Below, one piece after another: positions 1 through 9,777 of a DNA stretch of 64,000 nucleotides. The translations under genes were made by a program, and so were the position numbers. Numbering within the stretch: the stretch's first letter is position 1; each line of letters opens with the position of its first letter. This stretch comes from an uncultured Verrucomicrobiae bacterium (GTDB lineage: Bacteria; Verrucomicrobiota; Verrucomicrobiia; Chthoniobacterales; Chthoniobacteraceae). The notes below the pieces were generated by a model, which had not been told where the DNA came from, did not search any database, and saw only the letters and a list, made by a program, of their open reading frames with translations. The stretch covers positions 224,001 through 288,000 of the forward strand of contig CAWHEP010000002.1 in the NCBI GenBank assembly GCA_963828525.1, read 5' to 3'.

Positions 1-335
1 TCTTTAACTTCTGGATCAAGCGGAAACGCGCTGGAGGGAGGTGGTAATCCCAAGCTAACCTCATAGTTGAACTGGTCAGAGCAAGCGGAGAGCAGGAGTC
101 TAACGGGACCCTTTTTGCGCGGTCCAGCCCAAAGGATAGAAGGCATTCCACCCTCCTGAGCAATCGTTTTTGGAAGCCCACCTTGGGCGGTACGCGCCAG
201 AAGTCGGAGTGCTTTGTAAAGATTGCTTTTCCCAGAGCCGTTCGGTCCGCATACAACGTTAAGGCGTTGCAGTTTAAACTCGAGTTTACGAATAGAGCGA
301 TAGCCCCCGATGGTGACGCGATCCAGGACCGACAT
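1..335 (-). CDS. AAA-family (RecF/SMC-like) predicted ATPase, N-terminal part; runs off the window edge
   Basis: Not in ORF track; manual translation from ATG at 335 gives MSVLDRVTIGGYRSIRKLEFKLQRLNVVCGPNGSGKSNLYKALRLL...EGGMPSILWAGP, with Walker A GPNGSGKS. Confidence 0.85.
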   Translation of the reverse strand, partial: MSVLDRVTIGGYRSIRKLEFKLQRLNVVCGPNGSGKSNLYKALRLLARTAQGGLPKTIAQEGGMPSILWAGPRKKGPVRLLLSACSDQFNYEVSLGLPPPSSAFPLDPEVK

Positions 336-555
336 AAGTTTAGACTGGCTGCGACACGGATTTAGATCAATAGCCGGAAAAAAAGGAAAGAACGGCCGGT
401 AGAAGAAAAGGAATGCCCTGAGATGATTGGTTGCGCGGCGATCCGGAATCCTGATGCCCGTTGTCGTTGTGCGAGGCAGCCAAGGGAAGGATTGTCAGAA
501 AATTCTTGCGTCACCTTGTTGGGGACGGTAAGAAGGCGACTTTTTACAGCTTATT

Positions 556-1026
556 ATGTTCTCCCCTCGCAGCAGTTTCCTTCTATTTGTCGTCCTCTTC
601 GCCGCTGGTTGCGCAAGCCAGCATTGCAGCAAGCAAGCGTCTGTTCCGCTGAAAATCGTCCGGACGACGGCCTACACACAGACCGAAGCTGGAGGAGGGC
701 GGAACGCGATTGGGGGCTGTCTGTGTTCCGGGCAAATCAATAGCGCGGCGGCGGACTGGTCTCGCTTTCCGCTTGGGACGAAGTTCCAGATTTTGAATAC
801 CGGAGAGGTTTTCAAAGTGGATGATTACGGATCGGCGCTGATCGGGACAAATACGATCGATCTATACAAGACGAGCCGGTTTGGGATGCGGAACTGGGGC
901 GTGCGCTACGTAAATATCCGCATACTGGAGTGGGGATCGTCAAAGAAGAGCCTCGACGTTCTGGAACCGCGCGGACGGAATCGCGGGGTGCGCGTGATGA
1001 TAGATTCGCTTCGCCAACAGAGCTGA
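556..1026 (+). CDS. 3D-domain (MltA-like lytic transglycosylase-type) lipoprotein
   Basis: Lipobox-like AAGC; TTAYT...AAADW..FPLGT...VDDYG...IDLY 3D motif. Confidence 0.8.
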   Translation: MFSPRSSFLLFVVLFAAGCASQHCSKQASVPLKIVRTTAYTQTEAGGGRNAIGGCLCSGQINSAAADWSRFPLGTKFQILNTGEVFKVDDYGSALIGTNTIDLYKTSRFGMRNWGVRYVNIRILEWGSSKKSLDVLEPRGRNRGVRVMIDSLRQQS

Positions 1027-1046
1027 TCTGGGCAACATTCGCCGCA

Positions 1047-2018
1047 ATGAAAATACTCGTTACCGGCGGAGCAGGATACATCGGAAGCATCTGCGTCGAG
1101 CAACTCCTCGACCGTTCACATGAGGTCACGGTGTTCGACAACCTGTCGGAGGGGCATCGCAAAGCGGTGGATCCCAGGGCGCGGCTTGTCGTTGGCGACC
1201 TTGCGCGCCCTTCTGAAATCAACGAGGCGGTTCGGGAAGCGGCGCCTGACGCCGTGATGCATTTCGCGGCAAACGCGCTGGTGGGGGAATCGATGGAAAA
1301 CCCCTCGAAATATTTCCGTAACAACGTCTCGGGTGGAATTCACCTTCTGGACGCGCTGGTGGAGAATGGGGTGCGGCGGTTTGTTTTCTCGTCCACCTGC
1401 GCGACTTTTGGGCCGCCAGATCGCATCCCCATCGACGAGACTCTTCCCCAGCGGCCGATAAATCCGTACGGGGAATCGAAGTTGATCTTCGAAAAGATAT
1501 TGCGCTGGTACGATGAGATTCACGGTTTGAAGTTTGTCGCTTTGCGCTATTTCAACGCGGCGGGAGCAACTCCGACGTTTGGGGAGGATCATCGCATCGA
1601 GACGCACTTGATTCCGAACATCTTAAAAACAGCGCTGGGCCAGCGGGAGTTCGTCGAGATATTTGGAACGGATTACGAGACGCCCGATGGCACATGCATT
1701 CGGGACTACATACATATTCTTGATCTCGCGCAGGCGCACATCCTCGCGCTGGGAGCGGGGGAGAGCGCGTTCTACAATCTCGGGACCGGAGGCGGCACGT
1801 CCGTTCGCGAGGTCATCTCGGCATGCGAGCAGGTCACGGGAAAAACCATTCCGATTGTCGAAAAGCCACGTCGTCCGGGGGATCCGCCGCGACTGATCGC
1901 GAGTTCGGACAAGATACAAAAAGCGCTTGGCTGGAAGCCGAAGTTTCAGGCCATCGACAAAATTGTCGAGAGCGCTTGGACCTGGCACCAGCGCAACCCG
2001 CGCGGTTACGGGGATTAG
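1047..2018 (+). CDS. galE: UDP-glucose 4-epimerase
   Basis: MKILVTGGAGYIGS, YGESK, LRYFNAAGA, DGTCIRDYIH motifs; start trimmed to ATG 1047. Confidence 0.95.
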   Translation: MKILVTGGAGYIGSICVEQLLDRSHEVTVFDNLSEGHRKAVDPRARLVVGDLARPSEINEAVREAAPDAVMHFAANALVGESMENPSKYFRNNVSGGIHLLDALVENGVRRFVFSSTCATFGPPDRIPIDETLPQRPINPYGESKLIFEKILRWYDEIHGLKFVALRYFNAAGATPTFGEDHRIETHLIPNILKTALGQREFVEIFGTDYETPDGTCIRDYIHILDLAQAHILALGAGESAFYNLGTGGGTSVREVISACEQVTGKTIPIVEKPRRPGDPPRLIASSDKIQKALGWKPKFQAIDKIVESAWTWHQRNPRGYGD

Positions 2019-2404
2019 GCGAACCCCTTGGCGAGGGCGCCCGCGTAATCGGGATGGAGCGGGTTTGCGATGACTCGGCGTTCCGAGGGGATAACGACCA
2101 GATCCATGTCTTCCATAGGGACGGCTCCGAGAAGGACTTCGTCTCCCAGGACTACCGCTCCAACGTAGCACTCGCGGTTTCCAAATCGGACATGGACTCG
2201 ACCAACATAGAGACATAGCTGCCGCCTGCCATCCGCTGTCGTGATTTCCTTCTGAGACGTTTCTTTTAGCTGTAGCCGGTTTGCAATCTGTTCCGGCACA
2301 CAGAGGAATAGAGCCCCGGAGTCGGCGAGCGCTTTTACCTCGATTGGGGGAAGGGAATCGACCCGTGGGCTGTCAAGGAGAACGGTGGCGGTTGCAAGAC
2401 ACAT
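2015..2404 (-). CDS. Clan AA (retropepsin-like) aspartic protease
   Basis: ALADSGA catalytic motif, TTADG, VLLGAVPMEDMDLV C-terminal motif. Confidence 0.8.
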   Translation of the reverse strand: MCLATATVLLDSPRVDSLPPIEVKALADSGALFLCVPEQIANRLQLKETSQKEITTADGRRQLCLYVGRVHVRFGNRECYVGAVVLGDEVLLGAVPMEDMDLVVIPSERRVIANPLHPDYAGALAKGFA

Positions 2405-2528
2405 TTTTGGAGGTTGCCTTGCCGAAAGATCAAAAGCAAACGGGGGGCACATCCGGCTTGCGCTCAATGCCTGGAGAGGTTGCTTGACATCGATCATTCG
2501 ATGATAAAGAAGCTTCATCTGCTTTCAT

Positions 2529-4241
2529 ATGTTTAACGGACTTCGCCTTCAATGCTTCGCGCTGTCATGGCTCCTCGCGGCTGTATCGTGCTTTGCGGGG
2601 GAATATCAATTTTCGGTGCCGGCCCCAGGATCGAAAGATGGGCGGGCGTTTTTATGGATACCTCCGGGCTGCGCTCAAGTACGCGGCATTGTATTCGCGG
2701 ATCACTATAACCTGGAAAAGTTGGTGATGGATGACCCGATCATCCGGGCGGCCGCCGCGAAAGAAAATCTCGCGCTGGTGCTGACCGTTTCCAGCGCGCT
2801 TGGAGAGTTTCACTACAACGAGGGCGCGGATAAGGCGCTGCAAAAAATCCTGGATGATCTGGCGGTGGAATCGGGTTACGGCGAAATCTCCACAGCGCCG
2901 CTGCTCCCGATCGGACACGCGGAAGGGGGGATGACGGTGTGGAACCTCATCTATTGGAACCCTGGGCGTGTCATTGGGGGGGTGATCCTGCATTCGAACG
3001 TGAGTCTGCCGCCCTCCTGGGACAAGAGCGCGACCCCCGACGGCGTGCCCGTTCTCGCGGTGAGCGGAGAGTATGAGTCATGGGGCAGCCCGAAGGAGCC
3101 TCTGGATAAGCATTGGCGGGCGTTGCGAGGCGGGTTGCTGGACATGCGGGGATCTTACGATGAGGCGCTGGTGAATGAGGTCGTGCAGCCAGGCGCGGGT
3201 CATTATTCGTGGGAGGAACCTCTCGCGCGGCATGTAGCGATGTTCATCCAGAAAGCGGCGCGCTATCGCATCCCGGCTGCGATGTCGGGCACGACCGGCG
3301 CGGTCGTGTCTGGAACGCTGGTGTCTGGCACGACCGGCGCTCTTGTGTCTGGCGCGGTCAACGTGACGACGCCACCGCTTCCCCCGGGCAAGCTGAATCA
3401 TCTGCCCCTTGAGTCAGGCTGGTTGACCGATATCACTTTGCTCACACCCAGCGATTACGCGCCTGCTCCGTTCAACCAGTTTAATCAGGACCCGACGCTC
3501 GCCTTCTGGCATCTGGACGCGGAGATCGCCAAAGCCACGGAGGGTTTTGAGGCCAGCAGGCGCGGAAAGGTTGATCAACGTGTCACGTTCGTGCAGGACG
3601 GGGTTCCACTTGCGGCCGGGGCGATCGAAAGTCTCAAGTTCGAACCCGTGGATGATGGGATGACCGTGAAGCTAAAAGCCGACTTCCTGACAAAGACGCC
3701 AGAGGGCGTGGCGAACGCGGGGAAACCCCTGGCGCGCGCGCCCGGGCAGATCAAGTTCCGGCTGGTGGGCGGGGACGGCGGGGGAGGTGAACAGACTGGG
3801 CCAGACACGATGCGCATACGGTTTGACAACTTCCAGATGAGCCGCCGGACAAACAACCTGCAGGTGATCGCATTTCAGGAAGGGGATGAAAAATTCGCGT
3901 ATGCCGAGCAGGCGGCGCAGATTGCGTATCCTGAGAAGAACACGGAAGGAGCCCCGCAAACGATCGATTTTCCGAAAATTGAGGATACGAAGGCGGGAGC
4001 CGCAAGCATAACACTGGCGGCAACTTCCAGTTCTGGTTTGCGAGTGGAATATTACGTTAGGAATGGCCCCGCCGTTGTGGATGGAACCAATCTAAAGCTC
4101 ACATCAATACCGCCGCGTTCCAAGTACCCCGTAAAAGTCACGGTGGTCGCCTACCAGTGGGGGCGGACGATCGACCCGCTCTTCCAATCCGCGGAGCCTG
4201 TGGAAAGGACATTTTCGATCCTCGCGCCTGACAAGCACTAG
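2529..4241 (+). CDS. Secreted hypothetical protein with hydrolase-like N-terminal region and Ig-like C-terminus
   Basis: 570-aa ORF with signal peptide; GHAEGG nucleophile-elbow-like motif lacking Ser; QTIDF...SSSGL.V.Y repeat-like C-terminal module. Confidence 0.65.
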   Translation: MFNGLRLQCFALSWLLAAVSCFAGEYQFSVPAPGSKDGRAFLWIPPGCAQVRGIVFADHYNLEKLVMDDPIIRAAAAKENLALVLTVSSALGEFHYNEGADKALQKILDDLAVESGYGEISTAPLLPIGHAEGGMTVWNLIYWNPGRVIGGVILHSNVSLPPSWDKSATPDGVPVLAVSGEYESWGSPKEPLDKHWRALRGGLLDMRGSYDEALVNEVVQPGAGHYSWEEPLARHVAMFIQKAARYRIPAAMSGTTGAVVSGTLVSGTTGALVSGAVNVTTPPLPPGKLNHLPLESGWLTDITLLTPSDYAPAPFNQFNQDPTLAFWHLDAEIAKATEGFEASRRGKVDQRVTFVQDGVPLAAGAIESLKFEPVDDGMTVKLKADFLTKTPEGVANAGKPLARAPGQIKFRLVGGDGGGGEQTGPDTMRIRFDNFQMSRRTNNLQVIAFQEGDEKFAYAEQAAQIAYPEKNTEGAPQTIDFPKIEDTKAGAASITLAATSSSGLRVEYYVRNGPAVVDGTNLKLTSIPPRSKYPVKVTVVAYQWGRTIDPLFQSAEPVERTFSILAPDKH

Positions 4242-4304
4242 GTTTGCCGCTTTGTCTTGCAGGGTACCTTTCCAAGGCCGCTCGGTGGCGGCCAGCAGCT
4301 TGAA

Positions 4305-4511
4305 CTAGACCTGAGCGAGGCCGAGAGCGCGGAGCAGTTCCATGTCGCTGTCGGACTCGGGGTTGCTGGCGGTCAGCAACTTGTTGCCGTAGAAGACCAA
4401 GTTTGCTCCGGCGAAAAAGCAGAGGGCTTGTCCCTCGCGGGACAAACGGGTTCTGCCCGCCGATAAACGGACGCCCGCCTGAGGAAGGGCGATGCGGGTG
4501 GTTGCGATCAG
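4305..4511 (-). pseudogene. Duplicated 3'-terminal fragment of bioB
   Basis: 207 bp colinear with 7574-7780, about 17 mismatches by manual alignment, no indels, same stop position. Confidence 0.9.
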
Positions 4512-4590
4512 TTCCAAAGGATATACAAAGGCGAAGCCAGGCATATTTCAGAACTGACTTTATCTGCAAATGCAAACAGGTCCCTCACAT

Positions 4591-5355
4591 TCATTTTCCG
4601 ACCACTATCCGGTTCAGATTACGGCTGGCAAAGGCGCGGGTAGTGGGATCCCAGTGAAAATGCGCTGTTGCCTCTCGCGACTCCTCCCGTCCGTCGCCGA
4701 AGGATAATCTGTAGTGAGCGGTAATCGCCAATCTACCTCGAAAAGCCGAAACGGTGGCATCCTGCGCGCGTTCGAAGCGAGGATTGATGTCAAAAGTGCC
4801 GTCGTGGACTTTCAGCGTTTCATGAAACCGATGGTGATCGACGATAAAGAACTCGTCGTAAGTCTCGCGTTCACGTCGTCCCCCCAGGGAGAGATTAAAG
4901 TGAACATGCAGTAACCCACGTGGCGCCAGCGCGAGAATCTCCGGGTCGGAGATATCGGAGAAACTTGGCTCGGCGCCCGTGAAAACGAGATCAGCGACGT
5001 GGAATAGTCCGTCCGGCTTCTTCTCCAGGAGAAACAAAGCAGCACACATCGGAGAATCACGAAGGGGCTTGGAATGAAAGAAGGCAACAGCGTATGTTTT
5101 TGCGTACCGGATAACCTTGAAGCCGCGGGAAAAGGGTCCGTGATCCTGAATGCTCTCCTGTTCTTCTTCACCATCGGCCGGTTTATAAGTCAGCAGTTGG
5201 TCCCAAGGCGGTGCTTTGGCCTCCAATGCAGCCTGGAAGGCATGAACGTTGGCATACCCGGGCCTCGAGTAGCGATTGCCGCCCTGGATGACAGGCCACT
5301 GCGCGCAGGCATGCGCGGCTCCAAGCCCGAAGACCAGAAGTAAGATTCGCCACAT
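4591..5355 (-). CDS. Secreted hypothetical protein
   Basis: ORF with signal peptide MWRILLLVFGLGAAHACAQ; no recognisable domain. Confidence 0.65.
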   Translation of the reverse strand: MWRILLLVFGLGAAHACAQWPVIQGGNRYSRPGYANVHAFQAALEAKAPPWDQLLTYKPADGEEEQESIQDHGPFSRGFKVIRYAKTYAVAFFHSKPLRDSPMCAALFLLEKKPDGLFHVADLVFTGAEPSFSDISDPEILALAPRGLLHVHFNLSLGGRRERETYDEFFIVDHHRFHETLKVHDGTFDINPRFERAQDATVSAFRGRLAITAHYRLSFGDGREESREATAHFHWDPTTRAFASRNLNRIVVGK

Positions 5356-5450
5356 CAACCGAGACCGATATTCACATTGCAACACCGACATAATAGCGGA
5401 AATCATCCAGTCAAATGATACTCCCTGCATCAGCGGGGATGGAATGGCAG

Positions 5451-7541
5451 TCAGTCGCCTCGAACTCCTCCCGCCAGACTTGTGATGGTCCTATCCGGAG
5501 TGATTTTTACAATGGCACAGTCAGAATAATCAGTCACAAGTAAATCTCCGTGTTGGTCAAAGGCAAGGTCGTTTGGATTAAAAGAATCTCCAGCCACGAC
5601 TACGCGGCCATCTTTCCTATTGCTTGGGTCGATCGTTCCCGCGAATGTCGATACGCTCCCATTGGGAGAAATCCTTCGGATGGCTTTGTTATCCCAATCC
5701 GCCACATAAAGAGCCCTGTTCGGCCCGATTGCCACTCCTCCCAAATGGCTAAACAGCGCTTCGTTCCTCGCGCCGTCCACAGCTCCGCATTGCCCCGGTT
5801 TCCCGGCATAGGTTGTGACGTTCCCTTGCGGAGTTATTTTGCGGATCACCGCGTTATTGGTATCTGCCACATAAAGGTTTCCGGTTCGGTCAAAAACCAG
5901 CGCTGTTGGGTCGTTTAACCGCGCTGCGGAACCCACTCCATCCGCGATCCCTTCAATATCCTCGTCGAGTACCCCAGCGAAGATTGTCCGCTGCCCTGCT
6001 TTGTCGAAACGGACAACCGCATTGCATGCTGTAACATAAAGCTTTCCATCGGGACCTACGGCAAGACCCTTCGGACCATAATAAGCGCTGGGGAAAGTGT
6101 AGGGGCCCCGTCCAATCGCATTCTTCACCAGCGTGGTAACCATGCCATCCGGCGTTATCTTGCGAATCGCATCGTTCCGGCTATCGGCCACAAGGAGATT
6201 GCCATTGGCGTCGAAGGTCAATCCCAGGGGGTCGCTGAACATGGCTTTCTTTCCTGGGCCATCCACAAATCCCTCCTCGTCTGGCGTCCCGGCAAACGTG
6301 GTCACCACTCCGTCTGGAGTGATTTTGCGTACGATTTCATTTCCACTGTCTGAGATATAGATTATCCCCGACTTATCGATTGCAATTCCTTGCGGGTTCT
6401 GGAATCGGGCCTCTTTACCTTTGCCGTCTGCGCTAAAGATGCGGCTCGGAGAGCCGGCGAGAAATGTCGCTACGCCGGCAGGCGACACCTTTGCCACCAG
6501 GTATTGATTCGCCACATAGATGTTCCCCTCAGAGTCAGAAGCGAGTTTCCCAGTTCCAAACAGAGTCGCTTCCTTGCCCACTCCCTCCCTGATATGGGGA
6601 TGTCCCTCCTTAAATGAACCCGCGAGAATCGTCACCATTCCCCTCGGTGAAACTTTCAGAACCGAACCGTGTCCGAAGGCGAGGATGTCTCCGTCTGGGC
6701 TAATATGCACATGGCTAGGACACGACAGAGCCTCTGATCCGGCCTGGCTATTCCTTGCCAGCACCGTGGAAACTCCATTCGCGCTGAGTTTGAAGATGGC
6801 GCCGTTATCCCTGTTATCGTCCGATACGTACACTGTTCCCTCTCCATCCACCGCAATCCCCGTGGCGTGAGCAGTTCCGATTTTTGGGGGTCTGCTAATA
6901 TCGCCATCGACCGCAACTTCTGTGGCACCAGTGGAGATTGCGATTGTTGTGACAAGACCTGCCACACCGATCTTGCGAATATTTCCATCGACGACGTAGA
7001 GGTTTCCGCCTTTGTCAAAGGCTAGCTCCGTGGGATTGGCAAAAGTTGCCGTGTTAATCGGGCCATCTTCTGTAACAACAACCGGGATTGACCTTTCTAC
7101 GTCTATCTCGGTCGACGATGCCGGTCGATAATGCGCCTTGATCATCCCCGCGAACGTCGTCACGACTCGTCGCGGCGTAATCTTGCGAATCCTGCTGTTC
7201 CCCGAATCGGCCACGTAAATATTGTCGTTCGGATCTATCGCCAATCCTCCTGGAGAAGAAAAGCGAGCTTTCGAACCCTCTCCATCCGTCGCGCCCTGAC
7301 ATCCGGCGTTTCCCGCGAACGTAGTTACTACTCCGTCCGGGGTAATTTTGCGGATCGTTTGGTCGCCTGTATCGGAAACCAGGATGTTTCCGTGGCTATC
7401 CACCACGATCCCTCCCAGTTGATTGAAGTTGGCGTCGGACCCTTTGCCATCCACTCCGCCGGCAACGTGGTCAGATGGACGGGCGGCCAAAACCGGAAGC
7501 GCCGCAGCGCAACAGAGTAGAAATAGAAACCAGCATTTCAT
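5451..7541 (-). CDS. Secreted NHL-repeat (tandem beta-propeller) protein
   Basis: Signal peptide and many F..P.G+A+D..GN+YVAD..N..IRKITP.G.V.T.AG repeats. Confidence 0.9.
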   Translation of the reverse strand: MKCWFLFLLCCAAALPVLAARPSDHVAGGVDGKGSDANFNQLGGIVVDSHGNILVSDTGDQTIRKITPDGVVTTFAGNAGCQGATDGEGSKARFSSPGGLAIDPNDNIYVADSGNSRIRKITPRRVVTTFAGMIKAHYRPASSTEIDVERSIPVVVTEDGPINTATFANPTELAFDKGGNLYVVDGNIRKIGVAGLVTTIAISTGATEVAVDGDISRPPKIGTAHATGIAVDGEGTVYVSDDNRDNGAIFKLSANGVSTVLARNSQAGSEALSCPSHVHISPDGDILAFGHGSVLKVSPRGMVTILAGSFKEGHPHIREGVGKEATLFGTGKLASDSEGNIYVANQYLVAKVSPAGVATFLAGSPSRIFSADGKGKEARFQNPQGIAIDKSGIIYISDSGNEIVRKITPDGVVTTFAGTPDEEGFVDGPGKKAMFSDPLGLTFDANGNLLVADSRNDAIRKITPDGMVTTLVKNAIGRGPYTFPSAYYGPKGLAVGPDGKLYVTACNAVVRFDKAGQRTIFAGVLDEDIEGIADGVGSAARLNDPTALVFDRTGNLYVADTNNAVIRKITPQGNVTTYAGKPGQCGAVDGARNEALFSHLGGVAIGPNRALYVADWDNKAIRRISPNGSVSTFAGTIDPSNRKDGRVVVAGDSFNPNDLAFDQHGDLLVTDYSDCAIVKITPDRTITSLAGGVRGD

Positions 7542-7573
7542 GGCGGCCTTGTGCGGAGAGCAGCCCTTAGCTG

Positions 7574-8503
7574 CTAGGCTGGAGCGAGGTCGAGAGCGCG
7601 GAGCAGTTCCATGTCGCTGTCGGACTCGGGATTGCTGGCGGTCAGCAGCTTGTTGCCGTAGAAGATCGAGTTTGCGCCGGCGAAAAAGCAGAGGGCCTGT
7701 CCCTCGCGGGACAAACGGGTTCTGCCCGCCGATAGGCGGACGCGGGCCTTGGGAAGGGCGATGCGGGTGGTGGCGATCAGGCGAGCCAGTTCGAAAATAT
7801 CCACGGGATGCTGATCTTCCAGCGGCGTGCCTGGCATCGCCATCAGACAGTTGATCGGGACGCTCTCAGGTGGAGGATTGAAGCCGGTGAGAACCTCCAG
7901 CATCTTGAGGCGATCCTCCTCAGTCTCGCCCATGCCGATGATGCCGCCACAGCAGAGCGACATGTCGGCTTCCTGCACAGCGGCGATTGTGTTCAGGCGA
8001 TCCTGAAAAGTGTGGGTGGTGACGATCTCCGGATAGAACTCGGGAGAAGTATCGATGTTGTGGTTATAGGCTGTCACTCCCGCTTCCTTGAGTTTCCGCG
8101 CCTCAGTGAGGCTCAGGCTGCCCAAGGTCACGCAGACTTCCATTCCCAATTTGCTTACGTCGCGGATGGTTCCGAGCACCTGTTCAAACCGGGGGTCGCC
8201 ATCTCGCACGCCGCGCCATGCGGCGCCCATGCAAAAGCGGGTGGATCCCTGCTCGCGAGCATCCCGCGCCTTGGCGAGGATGTCCTCGGTCCCCATCAAA
8301 GTCTCGCGCTGCACGCCGGTGGAGTAACGGGAACTCTGGGCGCAATATCCGCAGTCTTCGCTGCATCCGCCGGTCTTTATGCTAAGGAGCGTGCAAAGTT
8401 GCACCCCATCTTTCTTCCAGTGTTCGAGATAAACGCGGCGGCTCTCCCCGATGAGTTCGAAGAAAGGCTGTTCGTAGATTTCCCGGAGGGCGGCAAGATT
8501 CAT
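7574..8503 (-). CDS. bioB: Biotin synthase
   Basis: Radical SAM CSEDCGYC, RFCMGAAWR, YNHNIDTS, VRLSAGR motifs. Confidence 0.97.
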   Translation of the reverse strand: MNLAALREIYEQPFFELIGESRRVYLEHWKKDGVQLCTLLSIKTGGCSEDCGYCAQSSRYSTGVQRETLMGTEDILAKARDAREQGSTRFCMGAAWRGVRDGDPRFEQVLGTIRDVSKLGMEVCVTLGSLSLTEARKLKEAGVTAYNHNIDTSPEFYPEIVTTHTFQDRLNTIAAVQEADMSLCCGGIIGMGETEEDRLKMLEVLTGFNPPPESVPINCLMAMPGTPLEDQHPVDIFELARLIATTRIALPKARVRLSAGRTRLSREGQALCFFAGANSIFYGNKLLTASNPESDSDMELLRALDLAPA

Positions 8504-8574
8504 TTGTCAGCGGAAGCGTAGAGAGTCAGCGGACTCTGCGTCAATGGTGATCGCGTGATCTCACCCGCGCGCTG

Positions 8575-9270
8575 CTAGTCTGACCACCGGTCCGCGGGCG
8601 TGGCCAGCACGGGCACGAGGCCGTTCGAATAATCCGTCCTGCCCACCGCGCCATACATCCTGATTCCGGTTGCGGCGCGGAACCTTTGGCTCATCTCCTC
8701 GCCGGTATGGCATCCCCAACTTTTTACGAAAGCATCCTTGGAGAAGATTCCCCGCTTTAACTTCGTGAAATCGTTCTCGTGAAGCCAGCACTTCGAAGCG
8801 CTATCAATCTCATTGCTGTAGTCGAACATGAAGCACGCCCTGTTCGAGTGGCCGAAATACTCGAGATCGGCAATTTTGACCTCGTTCCGGGGCTGGCCCG
8901 AGTTGAGATAATCGATCACTTCGCCGGCGTTATCAAATAGCACAAGTTTGATTTTGAACTTGTCGCGGACGGTGCAGATATCGGCGATGAGATCCTGCTG
9001 CTCCTGTTTGCTGCGGCGTTTATAACCCTCGGCATACGTGAGCCATGTGATTCGCGCGTCCGGGCCAAGTTTGGCGCGCAGCTCCTCGATGCGGACGCGG
9101 GCGGTGCGGATGAAATTGCCCCACCAATGATCGTGGGGAACGACCTTGAATTTTTCCCACTCCATCAGCGAAGGCCCGCCGCTCATGATGATATACTCCT
9201 TTTCGACGGCTTTCGCCTGAGTCAAAAACGCCGCAACGGCAACGAGGGAGAGTAAGAATGTCTTCGGCAC
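8575..9270 (-). CDS. Secreted conserved hypothetical protein, possible His/Cys peptidase fold
   Basis: Signal peptide; YFGHS and SWGCHTG motifs. Confidence 0.65.
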   Translation of the reverse strand: MPKTFLLSLVAVAAFLTQAKAVEKEYIIMSGGPSLMEWEKFKVVPHDHWWGNFIRTARVRIEELRAKLGPDARITWLTYAEGYKRRSKQEQQDLIADICTVRDKFKIKLVLFDNAGEVIDYLNSGQPRNEVKIADLEYFGHSNRACFMFDYSNEIDSASKCWLHENDFTKLKRGIFSKDAFVKSWGCHTGEEMSQRFRAATGIRMYGAVGRTDYSNGLVPVLATPADRWSD

Positions 9271-9361
9271 GGGATAAAATCGCCGGGTTCAGGGTGAACT
9301 CAATACAAATCTGTAGCGAGATCCAAGGAAGTCACGCGGAAGGGGCCCACCACGCTTGCAG

Positions 9362-9769
9362 CTAGAGCGGGACGAGAGAGGGTTTCGCGGAATTGGAGCC
9401 AAGAGTGGCCAGAGCGCGACGCGCTATTAAATCAAGGAAGAGCGCCACCGCGAGCCCGCTGCAGGCGCCGGCCAGTGCTCCATAGGCCGCGATAGTCATC
9501 CGGGTGGCGTTGATCCCGTGCCAAACGGATTCCAGTAATAAGGCGCAGACTGCTCCAGACGGGATGCCGGCAAGAATGCCACACTGGAGGAGGAAGGCTT
9601 TGACGCCTGAAGAAGCGCGACGGGCGCGGAGACCGACCGCGATGGATGACGAGACAACTCCCAAGGCCACGAGGGCGAAGCCCATAGCGCAGGCCGCAAG
9701 TCCAATCGCGAAGCCGATCCCCGTGAGAACCGACCAGACAACGAGAAAGACCAAGGCGAATAACAGCAC
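9362..9769 (-). CDS. Hypothetical membrane protein
   Basis: About four hydrophobic segments; codirectional with neighbours. Confidence 0.55.
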   Translation of the reverse strand: MLLFALVFLVVWSVLTGIGFAIGLAACAMGFALVALGVVSSSIAVGLRARRASSGVKAFLLQCGILAGIPSGAVCALLLESVWHGINATRMTIAAYGALAGACSGLAVALFLDLIARRALATLGSNSAKPSLVPL

Positions 9770-9777
9770 GGAGCGGG

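Noticed and set aside
1..335. AAA ATPase as part of a defence system
   Set aside because: Truncated by the window edge, and any partner gene is not visible.
2484..2503. TTGACA with CATCGA-N4-TCGATG palindrome upstream of the 2529 gene
   Set aside because: No well-spaced -10, and a single short palindrome can arise by chance.
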